The notes: generated by a model not told the origin, from the letters alone. A stretch of DNA of 63,739 bases, filler included, from an uncultured Methanosarcinales archaeon (GCA_964550945.1; 24 parts of 24 records of this genome joined end to end with filler, not necessarily neighbours in it), one strand, 5' to 3'; positions 29,883-41,309 are shown, numbered from the whole stretch's first letter. Numbers and translations: made by a program.

Positions 29883-29990
29883 GTATGTTAAAGAACTAAA
29901 TATTTCTTTATAAAGCTTTTTAATTATTTTATATACGCATAGGTTTATAAAGAAACCATCCTTCTTGTGTTAATAACATTCGAGGTTTAT

Positions 29991-30401
29991 ATGGGAGAAT
30001 ACCCGAGAAACAGCAGAAGAGAAAAGAAACCAGGAAGAAGATTTGGCAGCAATTTTGGAGCAGATAGGCCAAGAGGAAGATTTGATAGAGATTCAGATGA
30101 CTCATCTGGAAGATCCGGCGGCAGATCAGGGGGAAGATTCAGAAGGGATGCTGGCAGGTCAGACAGGCAATCGCCAGAGATGCACTCAGTTGTATGTGAT
30201 AAATGCGGCAGGGAGTGCACAGTGCCATTCAGGCCGACAAGCGGCAAGCCAGTATATTGCAGTGATTGCTTCAGGAAAAAAGATGATTCTTTTGCAAGAT
30301 CAGGCTCTGAGCCAAAAGGAAGATCAGATTATTCTGCAGAAGACCTTGCAAAAATCAATCAGAAGCTTGATAAGATCATGCAGGCATTAAATATTGAATA
30401 A
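29991..30401 (+). CDS. CxxC-x17-CxxC domain protein with RG-rich N-terminus
   Basis: CDKCG...VPFRPTSGKPVYCSDCF. Confidence 0.88.
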   Translation: MGEYPRNSRREKKPGRRFGSNFGADRPRGRFDRDSDDSSGRSGGRSGGRFRRDAGRSDRQSPEMHSVVCDKCGRECTVPFRPTSGKPVYCSDCFRKKDDSFARSGSEPKGRSDYSAEDLAKINQKLDKIMQALNIE

Positions 30402-30442
30402 TTTTTTTAATTTATTATTGGTTTTTTGTTCTATTGATAAAA

Positions 30443-30586
30443 TCTCATTTTCCACCAGTGTATTTCACTAGTGGTTTTGTTTAAAGACAAACATCAAGTG
30501 GAAAATGAGAACAAAAAAATCCGACCCGAGCCTATAAGGCGAGCATACCACCAGTCTATTTGACTGGTGGTGGTCGGATTTTTTTG
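30443..30586. repeat. Two adjacent compound palindromes with CCACCA...TGGTGG-type cores
   Basis: TCTCATTTTCCAC/GTGGAAAATGAGA (30443-30510); CAAAAAAATCCGACC/GGTCGGATTTTTTTG (30512-30586). Confidence 0.85.
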
Positions 30587-30685
30587 ATAATACTCGTTAG
30601 TTATAAAGCTCCATAACATAGCTTTATTTTAATCTTAGACTTAATTTTTAATAGTATTCGTTTTTATTGTTGATTATCCAAAGAA

Positions 30686-30997
30686 TCAGTTCTCAATCAT
30701 CTCTATCTCAATATTCAATCCTTCAGGAATAGGAACTCTCATTACAAGCCTTAATGCCCTTTCATCAATGCCCAAATCAATGACCCTCTTATGGATGCGC
30801 ATCTCATAACGCTCCCAAGTAGCTGTTCCATCGCCGCAAGGGCATTTCCTTGTAGTAACCCTTAGCTTTTTTGTTGGTAATGGTATAGGGCCCCTCATAT
30901 CTACCCCAGTCTTGTCTGCAATGTCCTTGATATAGCTGCAAACTTCATTAACCTTGGCTATGTCGATGCTTGCTAGCTTTATTCTTGCTTTTTGCAT
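30686..30997 (-). CDS. rpsJ: 30S ribosomal protein S10 (uS10)
   Basis: GPIPLPTK...[19 protein letters not shown]. Confidence 0.97.
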   Translation of the reverse strand: MQKARIKLASIDIAKVNEVCSYIKDIADKTGVDMRGPIPLPTKKLRVTTRKCPCGDGTATWERYEMRIHKRVIDLGIDERALRLVMRVPIPEGLNIEIEMIEN

Positions 30998-31065
30998 TTT
31001 AGGTAGTTATGTTTTGCTTCATGATAAGCTCGGCTTGACCATGATCGGGAAACCCTAAATCAGAA

Positions 31066-32346
31066 TCATCGCTTTACCAGCGATATGCACATGCCCGCAG
31101 CTACAGTCTGTCCTGAGTCGCGAACCGCAAACCTGGACATCTGTGGGATGTCTTTCTGTGTTTCAATCACTAATGGCTGCATTGGCTTAACCTTAATGAT
31201 TGCAGCATCTCCGTTCTTGATGAAATCTGGTTTCTCTTGTAGGGTCTCTCCAGTTGTTGGGTTTAACTTCCTCTCTATAACCTCAACCTGGCAAGCCACT
31301 TGAGCTGTATGAATATGGAATACCGGAGTATAGCCAGCTGTTACAACAGTTGGATGGTTTAAAACAACAATCTGGGCTGTAAATTCCTTGACAACTGTTG
31401 GCGGGTTTGATTCGTGCCCTAGAACATCTCCTCTGGCAATATCTTTTTTGCCTATTCCTCTCACGTTAAAGCCAATGTTGTCGCCAGGCTCAGCCTGCTG
31501 CATCTGCTCATGGTGCATCTCTATTGATTTGACTTCTCCATGGATTCCTTTTCCTTCTCTTGCTGGAACCACTATGACCTTGTCGCCAATCTTCATAACT
31601 CCTGTTTCAACTCTTCCGACAGGAACAACTCCAATGCCCGTGATGTTGTAAACATCCTGGATAGGCAGCCTCAATGGTAAGCTGGTTGGCTTGTCTGGCT
31701 CTTTCAAATCATCAAAGCTTTCTAATAATGTTTTGCCTTTATACCATGGCATATTTGCTGATTTTTTCATGACATTATCTCCAATTAAAGATGCCATTGG
31801 TATAAATGGTATTTCAGCTGGCTTGTAACCGACGCTTTTCAATAATTGAGAAACTTCTTCTTTCACTTTGTTAAATCTGGCTTCTTCATATCTTACCAGA
31901 TCCATCTTGTTAACAGCAATCATCAACTGATTAACGCCTAATGTCCTTGCAAGGAAAACATGCTCTTTTGTTTGCGCTTGCACACCATTTGAGCAATCAA
32001 CAACAAGAACACCAGCATCTGCCTGAGCAGCTCCGGTAATCATGTTCTTGATAAAGTCCTTATGGCCTGGCGCGTCAATAATTGTGAAATAATATTTTGG
32101 TGTCTCGAATCTCTTGTGAGCCAGGTCAATTGTCACTCCTCTTTCCTGCTCTTCCTTTAGGTTATCCATGACAAAAGCAAATTCAAATCCGCCTTTGCCC
32201 AGGCTCTCTGCTCTTTCCTTGAGCTTTCTCATTGACTGCTCATCAATAACACCAGAATCGTATAGTAATCTTCCTACTGTAGTGCTTTTTCCGTGGTCTA
32301 CGTGACCGATAAATACTAAATTTATGTGAACTTTTGTTTTTGCCAT
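31066..32346 (-). CDS. tuf: Elongation factor 1-alpha
   Basis: [18 protein letters not shown]; archaeal type. Confidence 0.98.
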   Translation of the reverse strand: MAKTKVHINLVFIGHVDHGKSTTVGRLLYDSGVIDEQSMRKLKERAESLGKGGFEFAFVMDNLKEEQERGVTIDLAHKRFETPKYYFTIIDAPGHKDFIKNMITGAAQADAGVLVVDCSNGVQAQTKEHVFLARTLGVNQLMIAVNKMDLVRYEEARFNKVKEEVSQLLKSVGYKPAEIPFIPMASLIGDNVMKKSANMPWYKGKTLLESFDDLKEPDKPTSLPLRLPIQDVYNITGIGVVPVGRVETGVMKIGDKVIVVPAREGKGIHGEVKSIEMHHEQMQQAEPGDNIGFNVRGIGKKDIARGDVLGHESNPPTVVKEFTAQIVVLNHPTVVTAGYTPVFHIHTAQVACQVEVIERKLNPTTGETLQEKPDFIKNGDAAIIKVKPMQPLVIETQKDIPQMSRFAVRDSGQTVAAGMCISLVKR

Positions 32347-32768
32347 AATATATACCTCCTAACTCTATTTTTAAGCATAAATTGCAGTGTAGGGAATTCC
32401 ACATCTATTTATAAATGTTATGGTTGTTTTGGGCTNNNNNNNNNNNNNNNNNNNNNNNNNNNNNNNNNNNNNNNNNNNNTTAATTAATTAANNNNNNNNN
32501 NNNNNNNNNNNNNNNNNNNNNNNNNNNNNNNNNNNGAAGAAGGCAATTACATTGAGGTTAATTCAACCAGGCAGGCAATAATAGATGAAAAGGCATACCC
32601 TTCAGTAGATTACGATGATGTCGCTGCTGCTAATATTCTGTTTATCCAAGATTTAGAAAGAAGGCTAGAAATGGTTGAAACTGAAAGCTGCACTAAGGAT
32701 CCAACATTTTCGTGGTGTTAGATAATCTAATTTATATGTTTGCTATTAAAAATTAATCAAGAGGCAGA

Positions 32769-33197
32769 ATGAAACAAGTTGAGCTTTTAGTAGGATTGAA
32801 AATCCCAGACGCAACTGCAATAACAGCTTTTCATACTTTGGAAAGGATGGGCTACAAGCTAAAAGAATTAAAAAGAAAGATCTATTATAAATTTTATATT
32901 GAAGGCGATGCTGACAAATTTGCCAAAGATATTGTAAAAGTGGACATATTGGTTAATGCAAACAAAAACACTGCAGAGATAAACAGCAAAATTAATTCAA
33001 AAAGCGCAGTTCTGGTAAAAAATATTGACAATGGATGCAGCCTGTTAAAAACACTTCAGGAAAGGTTGGGATTCAAAAATATTAAAAAGATGGAGCAAGG
33101 AGTATTATGGCTGATGGACTGCAATAAAGAAACCGCAGAAAAGATTGCGAAAGGCTTATTAGCCAATGAGCATTATCAGGAATACAAGGTGATATAA
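32769..33197 (+). CDS. PurS-like (FGAM synthase subunit) tandem-domain protein
   Basis: LKIPD.TA.TA...L...G and LVNAN/LLAN repeats; purine cluster. Confidence 0.6.
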   Translation: MKQVELLVGLKIPDATAITAFHTLERMGYKLKELKRKIYYKFYIEGDADKFAKDIVKVDILVNANKNTAEINSKINSKSAVLVKNIDNGCSLLKTLQERLGFKNIKKMEQGVLWLMDCNKETAEKIAKGLLANEHYQEYKVI

Positions 33198-33946
33198 TGA
33201 AAGTGCTGGTTATTTTCGGCTCAAAATCTGATTCAAACATCTACAATCCTTTAGTCAAAGAGCTCAAGAGAGCAAGAATCGAAACTGATTTAGTGATAGC
33301 CTCTGCCCATAGGACGCCTGAGACTGTGGATGAGATAGCAGCAAAAACCGGTGCAGATTTGATAATTGCAGGGGCTGGATTATCTGCAGCTTTGCCTGGC
33401 GTTGTCGCATCAAAAACAATAAAGCCGGTTATTGGAATCCCTTGCAAAAGCAATTATCAGGGATTAGATGCTTTGCTTTCAATTATGCAGATGCCTTCTG
33501 GAATCCCTGTCTTGGCAGTTGGAGTTAACCAATACAAAATAGCTGCAGAAAATGCTGCAAAGATGGCCAATAAATTTGAGAGCGTTACAATAATTGGAGA
33601 TAAAAATAACGAATCTGTTAAAAAAGCCTTGCAGATGCTGGAAGAATTTGATGTTTTGTACAAATTCTCGGATAAGCCAGACAATTCAACGATAAACATC
33701 GAATTTAATTATTTTGACGAGCCAATAGAGAAAAAAGGCGAGCTTATTATCTATTGCCCTTTGCTGTTAGAGAAAGATGACCAAGCAGAAGCTGCATTAA
33801 ACATCCTAAAGCACAGCAATCATGGCTTATGGGTTGGCCTGAATAATGGAAAAAATGCAGCTTTGGCAGCTATTGAGATACTAAACATCAATGGAGATTT
33901 TGAGGATAAATTAAAAAACTTCAGAGGGGAATTAAAGAAGAAATAA
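33197..33946 (+). CDS. purE: AIR carboxylase / N5-CAIR mutase with degenerate second PurE-like domain
   Basis: GSKSD, SAHRTP, AGLSAALPG, QMPSGIPV. Confidence 0.9.
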   Translation: MKVLVIFGSKSDSNIYNPLVKELKRARIETDLVIASAHRTPETVDEIAAKTGADLIIAGAGLSAALPGVVASKTIKPVIGIPCKSNYQGLDALLSIMQMPSGIPVLAVGVNQYKIAAENAAKMANKFESVTIIGDKNNESVKKALQMLEEFDVLYKFSDKPDNSTINIEFNYFDEPIEKKGELIIYCPLLLEKDDQAEAALNILKHSNHGLWVGLNNGKNAALAAIEILNINGDFEDKLKNFRGELKKK

Positions 33947-34183
33947 TCTTACAAAGCATGTGCGATTGTGACTTTCAGTTAGTACTAATTAATTAAAAAA
34001 TAAACTATCAATAGAAGTTTAAAGTCAAAAGATAAACAGATAATATAAAATAAAAACGAGCACCAGTAATTTTAAAATCAATGGCGATTATTGACCAATA
34101 AAATATAAAAATCAATGATAAAACTAATAAATTATTACCAGCTGCTATCATGGGTAACACCTACTTTAGTATATTGACTTAAA

Positions 34184-35152
34184 ATGATATCCAACAAAGA
34201 AATAAAAGAACAGATGAAATTCACTCTGAAAGAGACCAATTTTTCTGGTTTAGGCAGGAAAAAGAAAGGCAAAGTGAGGGATGTATATGCCGCTGATGAC
34301 AAAATATTCCTGATAGCCACAGACCGCCAGTCTGCTTTTGACAGAAACCTTGCAAACATCCCTTTCAAAGGCGAAGTATTGACGCAGACATCAGCTTTCT
34401 GGTTTGGAGAGACAAAAGATATTATCGCAAACCATATAATTGATATCCCTGACCCAAATGTTGTTGTGTGCAAAAAATTAAATGTCTTCCCTGTTGAGGT
34501 TGTTGTTAGAGGTTATATAACGGGGGTAACAAGCACAGCAGCATGGACTGCCTATGAAAAAGGAGAACGGATTTTCTGCGGGAATATCCTCCCAGAGGGA
34601 TTAAAGAAAAACCAGAAATTTCCAAAGCCAATCATCACGCCAACAACAAAATCAGACGAGCATGATGAAAAGATAAGTGGAAAAGAGATTGTCAAAAGAA
34701 GGCTAATGTCTCAAGATCAGTGGGATTTTGTTGCAGAGAAATCATTAAAGTTATTTGAAAGAGGCGCAAAAATCTCAGCAAGAAATGGATTGATGCTAGT
34801 TGACACAAAATATGAGTTTGGCTATGATAGCAAAGGAAACATTTTCTTAATAGACGAGATACATACGCCAGATTCATCTAGGTTTTGGATTAAAGAAAGC
34901 TATGAAGAAAGGTTTGCAAAAGGAGAAGAGCCTGAAAATATCGATAAGGAATTCTTAAGGCTCTGGTTTACTAAGCATTGTGATCCCTATAAAGACAAAG
35001 CGCTTCCAGATGCGCCGGAAGAATTGGTGATTGAGCTGAGCAAAAGGTATATCCAGCTTTATGAGATGATAACAGGCAAGGAATTCAAATCAAAGCCAGG
35101 AGACATCCTACAAAGGATTGAGAAGAATCTGAAGGAAAAAGGCTATTTATGA
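34184..35152 (+). CDS. purC: SAICAR synthetase
   Basis: GKVRDVY, TDRQSAFD, DTKYEFG, DEIHTPDSSRFW. Confidence 0.96.
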   Translation: MISNKEIKEQMKFTLKETNFSGLGRKKKGKVRDVYAADDKIFLIATDRQSAFDRNLANIPFKGEVLTQTSAFWFGETKDIIANHIIDIPDPNVVVCKKLNVFPVEVVVRGYITGVTSTAAWTAYEKGERIFCGNILPEGLKKNQKFPKPIITPTTKSDEHDEKISGKEIVKRRLMSQDQWDFVAEKSLKLFERGAKISARNGLMLVDTKYEFGYDSKGNIFLIDEIHTPDSSRFWIKESYEERFAKGEEPENIDKEFLRLWFTKHCDPYKDKALPDAPEELVIELSKRYIQLYEMITGKEFKSKPGDILQRIEKNLKEKGYL

Positions 35153-35329
35153 TTACATACGAGCAAAAAAAAGCTATTGAGCGATTTGTAAAATCAAAGC
35201 TGGATATTCTGAATTGGATGCATACTAAANNNNNNNNNNNNNNNNNNNNNNNNNNNNNNNNNNNNNNNNNNNNTTAATTAATTAANNNNNNNNNNNNNNN
35301 NNNNNNNNNNNNNNNNNNNNNNNNNNNNN

Positions 35330-35908
35330 ATATTTTAAAACATTTTCAATGAGTTTTGTTCCCTGGCCATTATTTGTAGAAAGGATGGATTCTGGATGAA
35401 ACTGGATGCCTGCAAGTGGAAGTTGTTTATGCTGCGCTGCCATTATAATGTTTTCTCCATTTGAATCTGGGAACTGTGCCAGCGGATTAAATGATTCTGG
35501 AACACCATACACCCCAAGAGAATGGTAGCGCGCAAATTCAGCAGGGCTCTTAATTCCTTCAAAGAAACTCGTTCCGGTATGCTGAATCTGGGAAAAAGCG
35601 CCGTGAACAGCCTCTTCTAAAGGTACGACTTTCTCGCCAAAATAGTGCATAAGCGCTTGAAACCCAAGACAAATTCCAAAAATAGGGTATTGTGCATGAA
35701 AACGATTAATTGCCTGCAGATAGTTGCCAGCTTCAGCAGGGGAGTTTGGCCCCGGGCCTAACAAAATAATATCCGGTTGCGCTTGGGCAATGGTATCCAG
35801 ACTGCAATTGCTTTTATACATTCTTACCTTAGCTCCAGCTAATTCAAAATGCGCCGCAATAGTATCTGCAAATGAATCCCTATTATCAATATAAACTACA
35901 TTTTTCAT
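35330..35908 (-). CDS. trpG: Anthranilate synthase component II (glutamine amidotransferase)
   Basis: IDNRDSF, GPGP, GICLG, RYHSL, QFHPES. Confidence 0.9.
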
Positions 35909-37362
35909 CGTAAAACCTGCATAGCTTTTTCTGATTTTAACCCTATTTCTTTGGCTTCTTCTTCAGGTATTGAATGGGCAACTATCCCCGCACCGGCTCG
36001 CATGAATGACATTCCGCCTTTTGAAAAAACAGACCTTATGGTTATACCAGTATTGCAACCACCATCAAAAGAAAGATACCCAACAGCGCCTCCATAAAAA
36101 TCCCTGCGGGAATTTTCTAATTCCTCTATCATCTGCATTGCTTCCACTTTCGGAGCGCCGCTTAATGTTCCTGCAGGTATTGTAGTCAATAAAGCATCCA
36201 AAGAATCCACTCCGGGCCGAAGCCTGCCTTGCACTCCGCTGACAAGATGAAGAAGGTTAGGGTATTCTTCAACTGTAAAGAGGTCCGTAACTCTCACGCT
36301 TTTGGCATCAGCCAGCCTATATATTTCGTGCCGGGCTAAATCCACAAGCATTGTATGCTCCCTGAGCTCTTTTTGAGATGTCATAAGTTCTACTCTTGCC
36401 TGAAAATCCTGCATTGGCGTTTTTCCTCTTCTCATCGTGCCGGCAATAGGCCTGATCTCAATGTTTCTATTTGCAACCTTGATATGCAATTCCGGTGAAG
36501 CCCCGTAAAGGTATTTGTTTCCCCCAAATGAAAAGAAGAAAGAATAAGGTGAGGGGTTTATATCCCGCAACCCAGCATAAGAATCTAAAGGATGTTTCTG
36601 GAGGCTCATTCCCTGGTTTCTAGACAAAACGCACTGCATTAATCTTCCTTTGCGGATTTCCTGAACAATAAACGCCACTTTATCTGCATATTCCTGTATA
36701 GGCATATCCTCATAAGTTTGCAGTGGAAATGGGCGAAAATTGGAGGAAGTTGCTTTACCATCAAGACCGTCATTTTTTCCATCAAAATAGAATTGTTTTA
36801 TTGCTGCTTTCTCCCTGATATCATCAAAGCAGACAACTGTTGTCGGCAGGAATAATAAAAAGTCCGGTTCGCCTCCTTGGCTAAAACGATTGCCGAAGTT
36901 TTCAAAATGTCTTGCAAAGTCATATGCAAAGGCCCCGTACAAGCCTGCATGCTCGTCTTTAAGCTCCGAAAATTTTTGAAGTATTGTCCTTATTACATAG
37001 CTCGTATTGGGCTGCCTTATCCTTTCATGCTCTTCCAAGTTCCCATTTCCCCCTTTTTCCACGCGTCCGCTGATTCTACCATCTGATATATGTACGTCGT
37101 GTGCGTAGGGAAAATCTTCCTGCTTAAATGCGCTCAATATCGCCTCTCCTGCTTCTGTTAATGCCTCCAAGCTAAAAAAATCATTTTTTCCCATAATCCT
37201 AACGGCTGCGTTTGGAACTACTATGCTCTGCTTTCCGTACTTAGGATTGACGGATCTTGATTCCATCAGCAAACTTGTCCCATTGCCGTTATTAGAATGA
37301 TTCCTATAATGATCAAATGGGTTTGCATATGGAATTCCAATATTTTCTTGGTATAGTTTCAT
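35905..37362 (-). CDS. trpE: Anthranilate synthase component I
   Basis: LMES, NPSPY, PIAGT, EHTMLVDLAR, PAGTLSGAPK. Confidence 0.88.
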   Translation of the reverse strand: MKLYQENIGIPYANPFDHYRNHSNNGNGTSLLMESRSVNPKYGKQSIVVPNAAVRIMGKNDFFSLEALTEAGEAILSAFKQEDFPYAHDVHISDGRISGRVEKGGNGNLEEHERIRQPNTSYVIRTILQKFSELKDEHAGLYGAFAYDFARHFENFGNRFSQGGEPDFLLFLPTTVVCFDDIREKAAIKQFYFDGKNDGLDGKATSSNFRPFPLQTYEDMPIQEYADKVAFIVQEIRKGRLMQCVLSRNQGMSLQKHPLDSYAGLRDINPSPYSFFFSFGGNKYLYGASPELHIKVANRNIEIRPIAGTMRRGKTPMQDFQARVELMTSQKELREHTMLVDLARHEIYRLADAKSVRVTDLFTVEEYPNLLHLVSGVQGRLRPGVDSLDALLTTIPAGTLSGAPKVEAMQMIEELENSRRDFYGGAVGYLSFDGGCNTGITIRSVFSKGGMSFMRAGAGIVAHSIPEEEAKEIGLKSEKAMQVLR

Positions 37363-37437
37363 TTGTATTTCCTTTAATTTTTTAATTATTTGCTAAAATG
37401 ATTCATTTTCTAATTCCCTATTCAATCACTTTGTTGT

Positions 37438-37827
37438 TTAATCTATGAAGTTCTCCATTGTAGGTTCGTTAAGCCTCTTTCTGTTGTCAGTGTGCGGAAC
37501 TTTATCTAAACTCTCCTCCCCTTCTGGAAAGAAATTTTCAGATTGAAAAAAATAAGTAATCATCATTCTATGATTATTATACAAAGGACAATTTTCTGCA
37601 TATTCTTCAGGACAGGGCCTAATAGCTGTAAACATCATTATAGTGCTTGGGGTTCCTCCTCTTGCCAGCCCGCCATCCACAGCACATCTATACTTTGTTA
37701 CCGGGCCTGCATTTAGATAAAGACCTATATGAATAGGATGATCTATCTCTTCCACAGTCAAAGGGCATATTCTGAAACCTAATCGGTCCTCTAATTCTTT
37801 TTTTTGTAATTGGTTGATTGGTTCCAT
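37438..37827 (-). CDS. Hypothetical protein
   Basis: 129-aa ORF. Confidence 0.55.
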   Translation of the reverse strand: MEPINQLQKKELEDRLGFRICPLTVEEIDHPIHIGLYLNAGPVTKYRCAVDGGLARGGTPSTIMMFTAIRPCPEEYAENCPLYNNHRMMITYFFQSENFFPEGEESLDKVPHTDNRKRLNEPTMENFID

Positions 37828-38184
37828 TTTTCATACTATTTAATAATCCTAAATTTAGAATTCATAATTGTACATAAACATTATGCCACAAAAACAATAA
37901 ATTTATAAAAAAAGGCTCATTTGTGTCTTTTATGACAAATATTGCAGAAAAAGTAAAATTGTTTNNNNNNNNNNNNNNNNNNNNNNNNNNNNNNNNNNNN
38001 NNNNNNNNTTAATTAATTAANNNNNNNNNNNNNNNNNNNNNNNNNNNNNNNNNNNNNNNNNNNNCTTGCGCCAAGGGTTGAAGGGGATTAAGCTTAAATT
38101 TCTTTTTTTCCACAACCACTCGGTAACATCATTTTTGATATCTCTACCAAAATCTTAAATATATCTTACCCAATTCTGTTATGT

Positions 38185-38823
38185 ATGGCTTGGACTTTTG
38201 GGAAAAGAGTGTCTCAGGCACAAAAACCAGAATTGGATGAAAGGGTTCAAGTGCCGCAGGAAATTCTAGACAGGATTGGCTACGAGGCTTGGGAGCCATT
38301 AAGCTGGGCATTGCAGAATCAATGGGTGCAGGAATATAAATGGCTGATGAGCAAAAGTTCTGGCAGAGATATTGGGGTTCCTGATACAGTCACTGCTATG
38401 ATGATGCTAGGCAGAGGTATGCTCGAGAAAGACTATTTCTTAACTTCAGGGCCCAGCGATGAAACGGGTTTTCGTGGTCTGATAAAGTTTGAAAGCATTA
38501 AGCCAATATACACTGGTGGTGTTGTTCAGCTAATGATACTGGGTTACCTTCTTGGAACTGATTTCGTAAGCCCTATGAAGGTAAAGCGCTTTAGACCAGA
38601 CGGGTCGCACGAAATTGTGCAGACGGGAATTGTCCCGGATGAGCATGGTGCAAACCAATTGGAAGGGGAATTAAGAAGGCAGTGGGCACGAGTGGAAGGA
38701 ATAAGACAACCCGAAGCCATTTCTGGAATTCCAATAACTCATCGACTTCTTGAAGATTATTGCAGAACTTATGTGCTCGACAATAACGCAAAGTTCTCAC
38801 TGGGTCAAAAATTATTTCTTTAG
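38185..38823 (+). CDS. Hypothetical protein
   Basis: 212-aa ORF with upstream TATA-like TTAAATAT. Confidence 0.65.
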   Translation: MAWTFGKRVSQAQKPELDERVQVPQEILDRIGYEAWEPLSWALQNQWVQEYKWLMSKSSGRDIGVPDTVTAMMMLGRGMLEKDYFLTSGPSDETGFRGLIKFESIKPIYTGGVVQLMILGYLLGTDFVSPMKVKRFRPDGSHEIVQTGIVPDEHGANQLEGELRRQWARVEGIRQPEAISGIPITHRLLEDYCRTYVLDNNAKFSLGQKLFL

Positions 38824-38864
38824 ATTAATTTGATTTATTAAATTATCAGAATAATAAAACTTAA

Positions 38865-39326
38865 CTACTCAGTTGCTGGTTGCGGAACAACGCCTTGGTT
38901 AGATTGTACAAGTTGCACAATCAAATGGTCAAGGTGAGATTTATGCCAGTAGTCATCCGTGGAAAGTCCGTCAGGGAATGCTATCCCAGGAATTCTTCGT
39001 AACCTTTGTATCAATCCTATATACTCTTCCCTGTTCATAGGTGCAGTAGATATATCCCATCGTTCAGACCTCACTGTTTTACAGCCAGCTGGATCTGTAA
39101 AAATGTATTCACGCAGTCTGCCAGCAGTAGCCTCAATGATTTGTCTTGCTTCCCTATAGCTCTGATATGCCTGGCTCCTTGATTCGAGATCTTCACCCAT
39201 GTACTTAAGCAGCCAATTTGGCCCCCTAAAAGTACGAGATGATGGCTCATCTTGGACACTTAAGGCAATTTGAGATATTCCTGTCCCACCGATTTCCTGC
39301 ACATGTCTGGCATATACTAGTGGCAT
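38865..39326 (-). CDS. Hypothetical protein
   Basis: ORF; probable start at MPLVYARH. Confidence 0.55.
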   Translation of the reverse strand: MPLVYARHVQEIGGTGISQIALSVQDEPSSRTFRGPNWLLKYMGEDLESRSQAYQSYREARQIIEATAGRLREYIFTDPAGCKTVRSERWDISTAPMNREEYIGLIQRLRRIPGIAFPDGLSTDDYWHKSHLDHLIVQLVQSNQGVVPQPATE

Positions 39327-39448
39327 TTTGAATTCGTATGTAAGGATTAGATAAGTTATATTTAAATTTTTACATCGAGTCATCGAGGTCTATCTATTTT
39401 CTCTCAATTTTTTCAATCTTCGAGAAAAAATCTCGGAGTTGATGTAAT

Positions 39449-40288
39449 ATGACAAAAGAAATTTTGAGTTTGGCGGAGTTAAAGAATAAGGCACTCGGCT
39501 TTGACAGGGCTGATGTGAGGGATGTGCACGTAATCAAGAATCAGGATGATTACTTGTGCAAAGACGTGATGGGAGTGTGGAATCTGGACAAGAATGTTCT
39601 TGCCTGTTTAGCACCGAAGAACTACACGGTAATCCAGCACAAAGAAGCTGCTGAAGGATTGATTGAGGCAATCACAAGCCTTAACATAAAGGCAACAGCA
39701 GAATTGCAGACATCCAAGCATGGAATTTTTCTCGATATAGATTTTCCCGATGTTAAGGTAGAACTAACTGAAGTGGGAGAAAGCTTCACAAGTGGCTTGC
39801 ATCTTGTTAATGATTACAGCTTGCAGGGATTGATAATCGCTCCGAGGTTGACGAGATTGGTTTGCAGTAACGGCATGATAATATCGGAAATAGTCAGGTC
39901 TAAAAGAATCAGATGGTCAGAGCAATTGAAAGTGGAACTGGAAGGAGTTATTGATAACATGGTGAAGGAGATTATCTCCAGCGACCAAAGACTGGTGAAT
40001 ATGGTAAGCATTTGCATGAGGGATAGTGTTGAATGGCAGACTGCAAAGCTCTTAGCTAAAGAATTGTTCAAGAGAAAGAAATATGCTAAAGAAATAATGT
40101 CTAGATGTACTGAACTCCATGAAGGCAGAGTCAACAGATGGCAATTTTACAATTCGATTACGAGCTTCCTTGGAGTTGCAAGCCTTAAGCCGGCAGTTGA
40201 GGCCTGGTTTCAAAATAAAGCACAAACAGTTCTTACAACACCATTCGCAGAATTGACTGAGCAAATGGTAAAAGTTGTGGAAAGATGA
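39449..40288 (+). CDS. DUF932-like protein (virus/plasmid associated)
   Basis: Y.VIQH.E, LVND, RLVCSNGMI, W..YN.IT motifs. Confidence 0.75.
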   Translation: MTKEILSLAELKNKALGFDRADVRDVHVIKNQDDYLCKDVMGVWNLDKNVLACLAPKNYTVIQHKEAAEGLIEAITSLNIKATAELQTSKHGIFLDIDFPDVKVELTEVGESFTSGLHLVNDYSLQGLIIAPRLTRLVCSNGMIISEIVRSKRIRWSEQLKVELEGVIDNMVKEIISSDQRLVNMVSICMRDSVEWQTAKLLAKELFKRKKYAKEIMSRCTELHEGRVNRWQFYNSITSFLGVASLKPAVEAWFQNKAQTVLTTPFAELTEQMVKVVER

Positions 40289-40383
40289 AAGCACTTGCCA
40301 TATCTGAGTCTTGACCTTGATTTCTTTCCATTCTCATTAGAAAAGAAATCTTCACGTCTGATGGAGGTTTCAGGAGGAATAAA

Positions 40384-40547
40384 ATGGGAAACCAACCTAT
40401 AAAAAGATTTAGTGCAGGATTGCTGAATGTAGCAGTCTGGAGAAACAAGGGGACTAGCAGATATGGCGAGGAAACAGTTTTCAACACTGTGAGCATATCA
40501 AGAGGCTACAAGAGCCAGGGAGAATTTAAGTCCACCGGCTCATTAAG
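40384..40547 (+). CDS. PC4-like putative ssDNA-binding protein, 3' truncated
   Basis: QPIKRFSAG.LNVAVWRN...SRGYK; paralogue of 13107-13400. Confidence 0.6.
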
Positions 40548-40659
40548 NNNNNNNNNNNNNNNNNNNNNNNNNNNNNNNNNNNNNNNNNNNNTTAATTAAT
40601 TAANNNNNNNNNNNNNNNNNNNNNNNNNNNNNNNNNNNNNNNNNNNNAAAAAAGGATTC

Positions 40660-41309
40660 ATGAAAGACCGCATACCAGACGTTAGTCCATCTTTCGAAAC
40701 TTGTGCTGATATAAGTTTAGTTTCTGTCATTCTACCCACTTATAACGAAGCGAGCAATATTGTCCCCTTGATTAATAGAATTCACACCGCTTTAGAAAGC
40801 CGACCTAAAGAAATTCTGGTAGTTGATGATAATAGTCCTGATCGAACATGGGAATTAGCCCAGCAAGTTACAGGAAAAGATGTTAGAGTAATAAGGAGAA
40901 CCAGCGATCGCGGCCTAGTTAAATGAAAGATAATGATATAGCCGTAGCTTCGCGGTATGTTAAAGGAGGAAAAGATCAACGCCCCTTAGTAAGATTAATA
41001 ACCAGCCGAATGATCAATTTAACTGCTAATTTAATGCTAAATTTTAATGTTTTAGACTTAACTAGCGGTTTTATAGCAGCTAGAAAAGAAGTTTTCAATA
41101 ATTTGTCGCTAGCCGATTCTGCTTATGGGGAATACTGTATTGAGTTTTTATATAAGGCTGGCAAGCAAGGAAAGAAAATAAAAGAAATCCCTTATTCGTT
41201 TATTGACCGCCTAGAAGGAACCTCCAAAACTGCTGGTTCTATATCTACCTTGATTCGCTATGGTGCCGTTTACTTTAAGAGAGTTATAAATCTAAGATTT
41301 AGAAGATGA
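40660..41309 (+). pseudogene. GT2 (Dol-P-Man synthase-like) glycosyltransferase split by an internal deletion
   Basis: ILPTYNE and VVDDNSPD in ORF1, ASRY..GG and DLTSGF in ORF2; central DxD segment absent, frameshift near 40923. Confidence 0.75.

Noticed and set aside
37363..37437. Trp leader peptide upstream of trpE
   Set aside because: Only a short MNHFSK* ORF with no Trp codons and no hairpins
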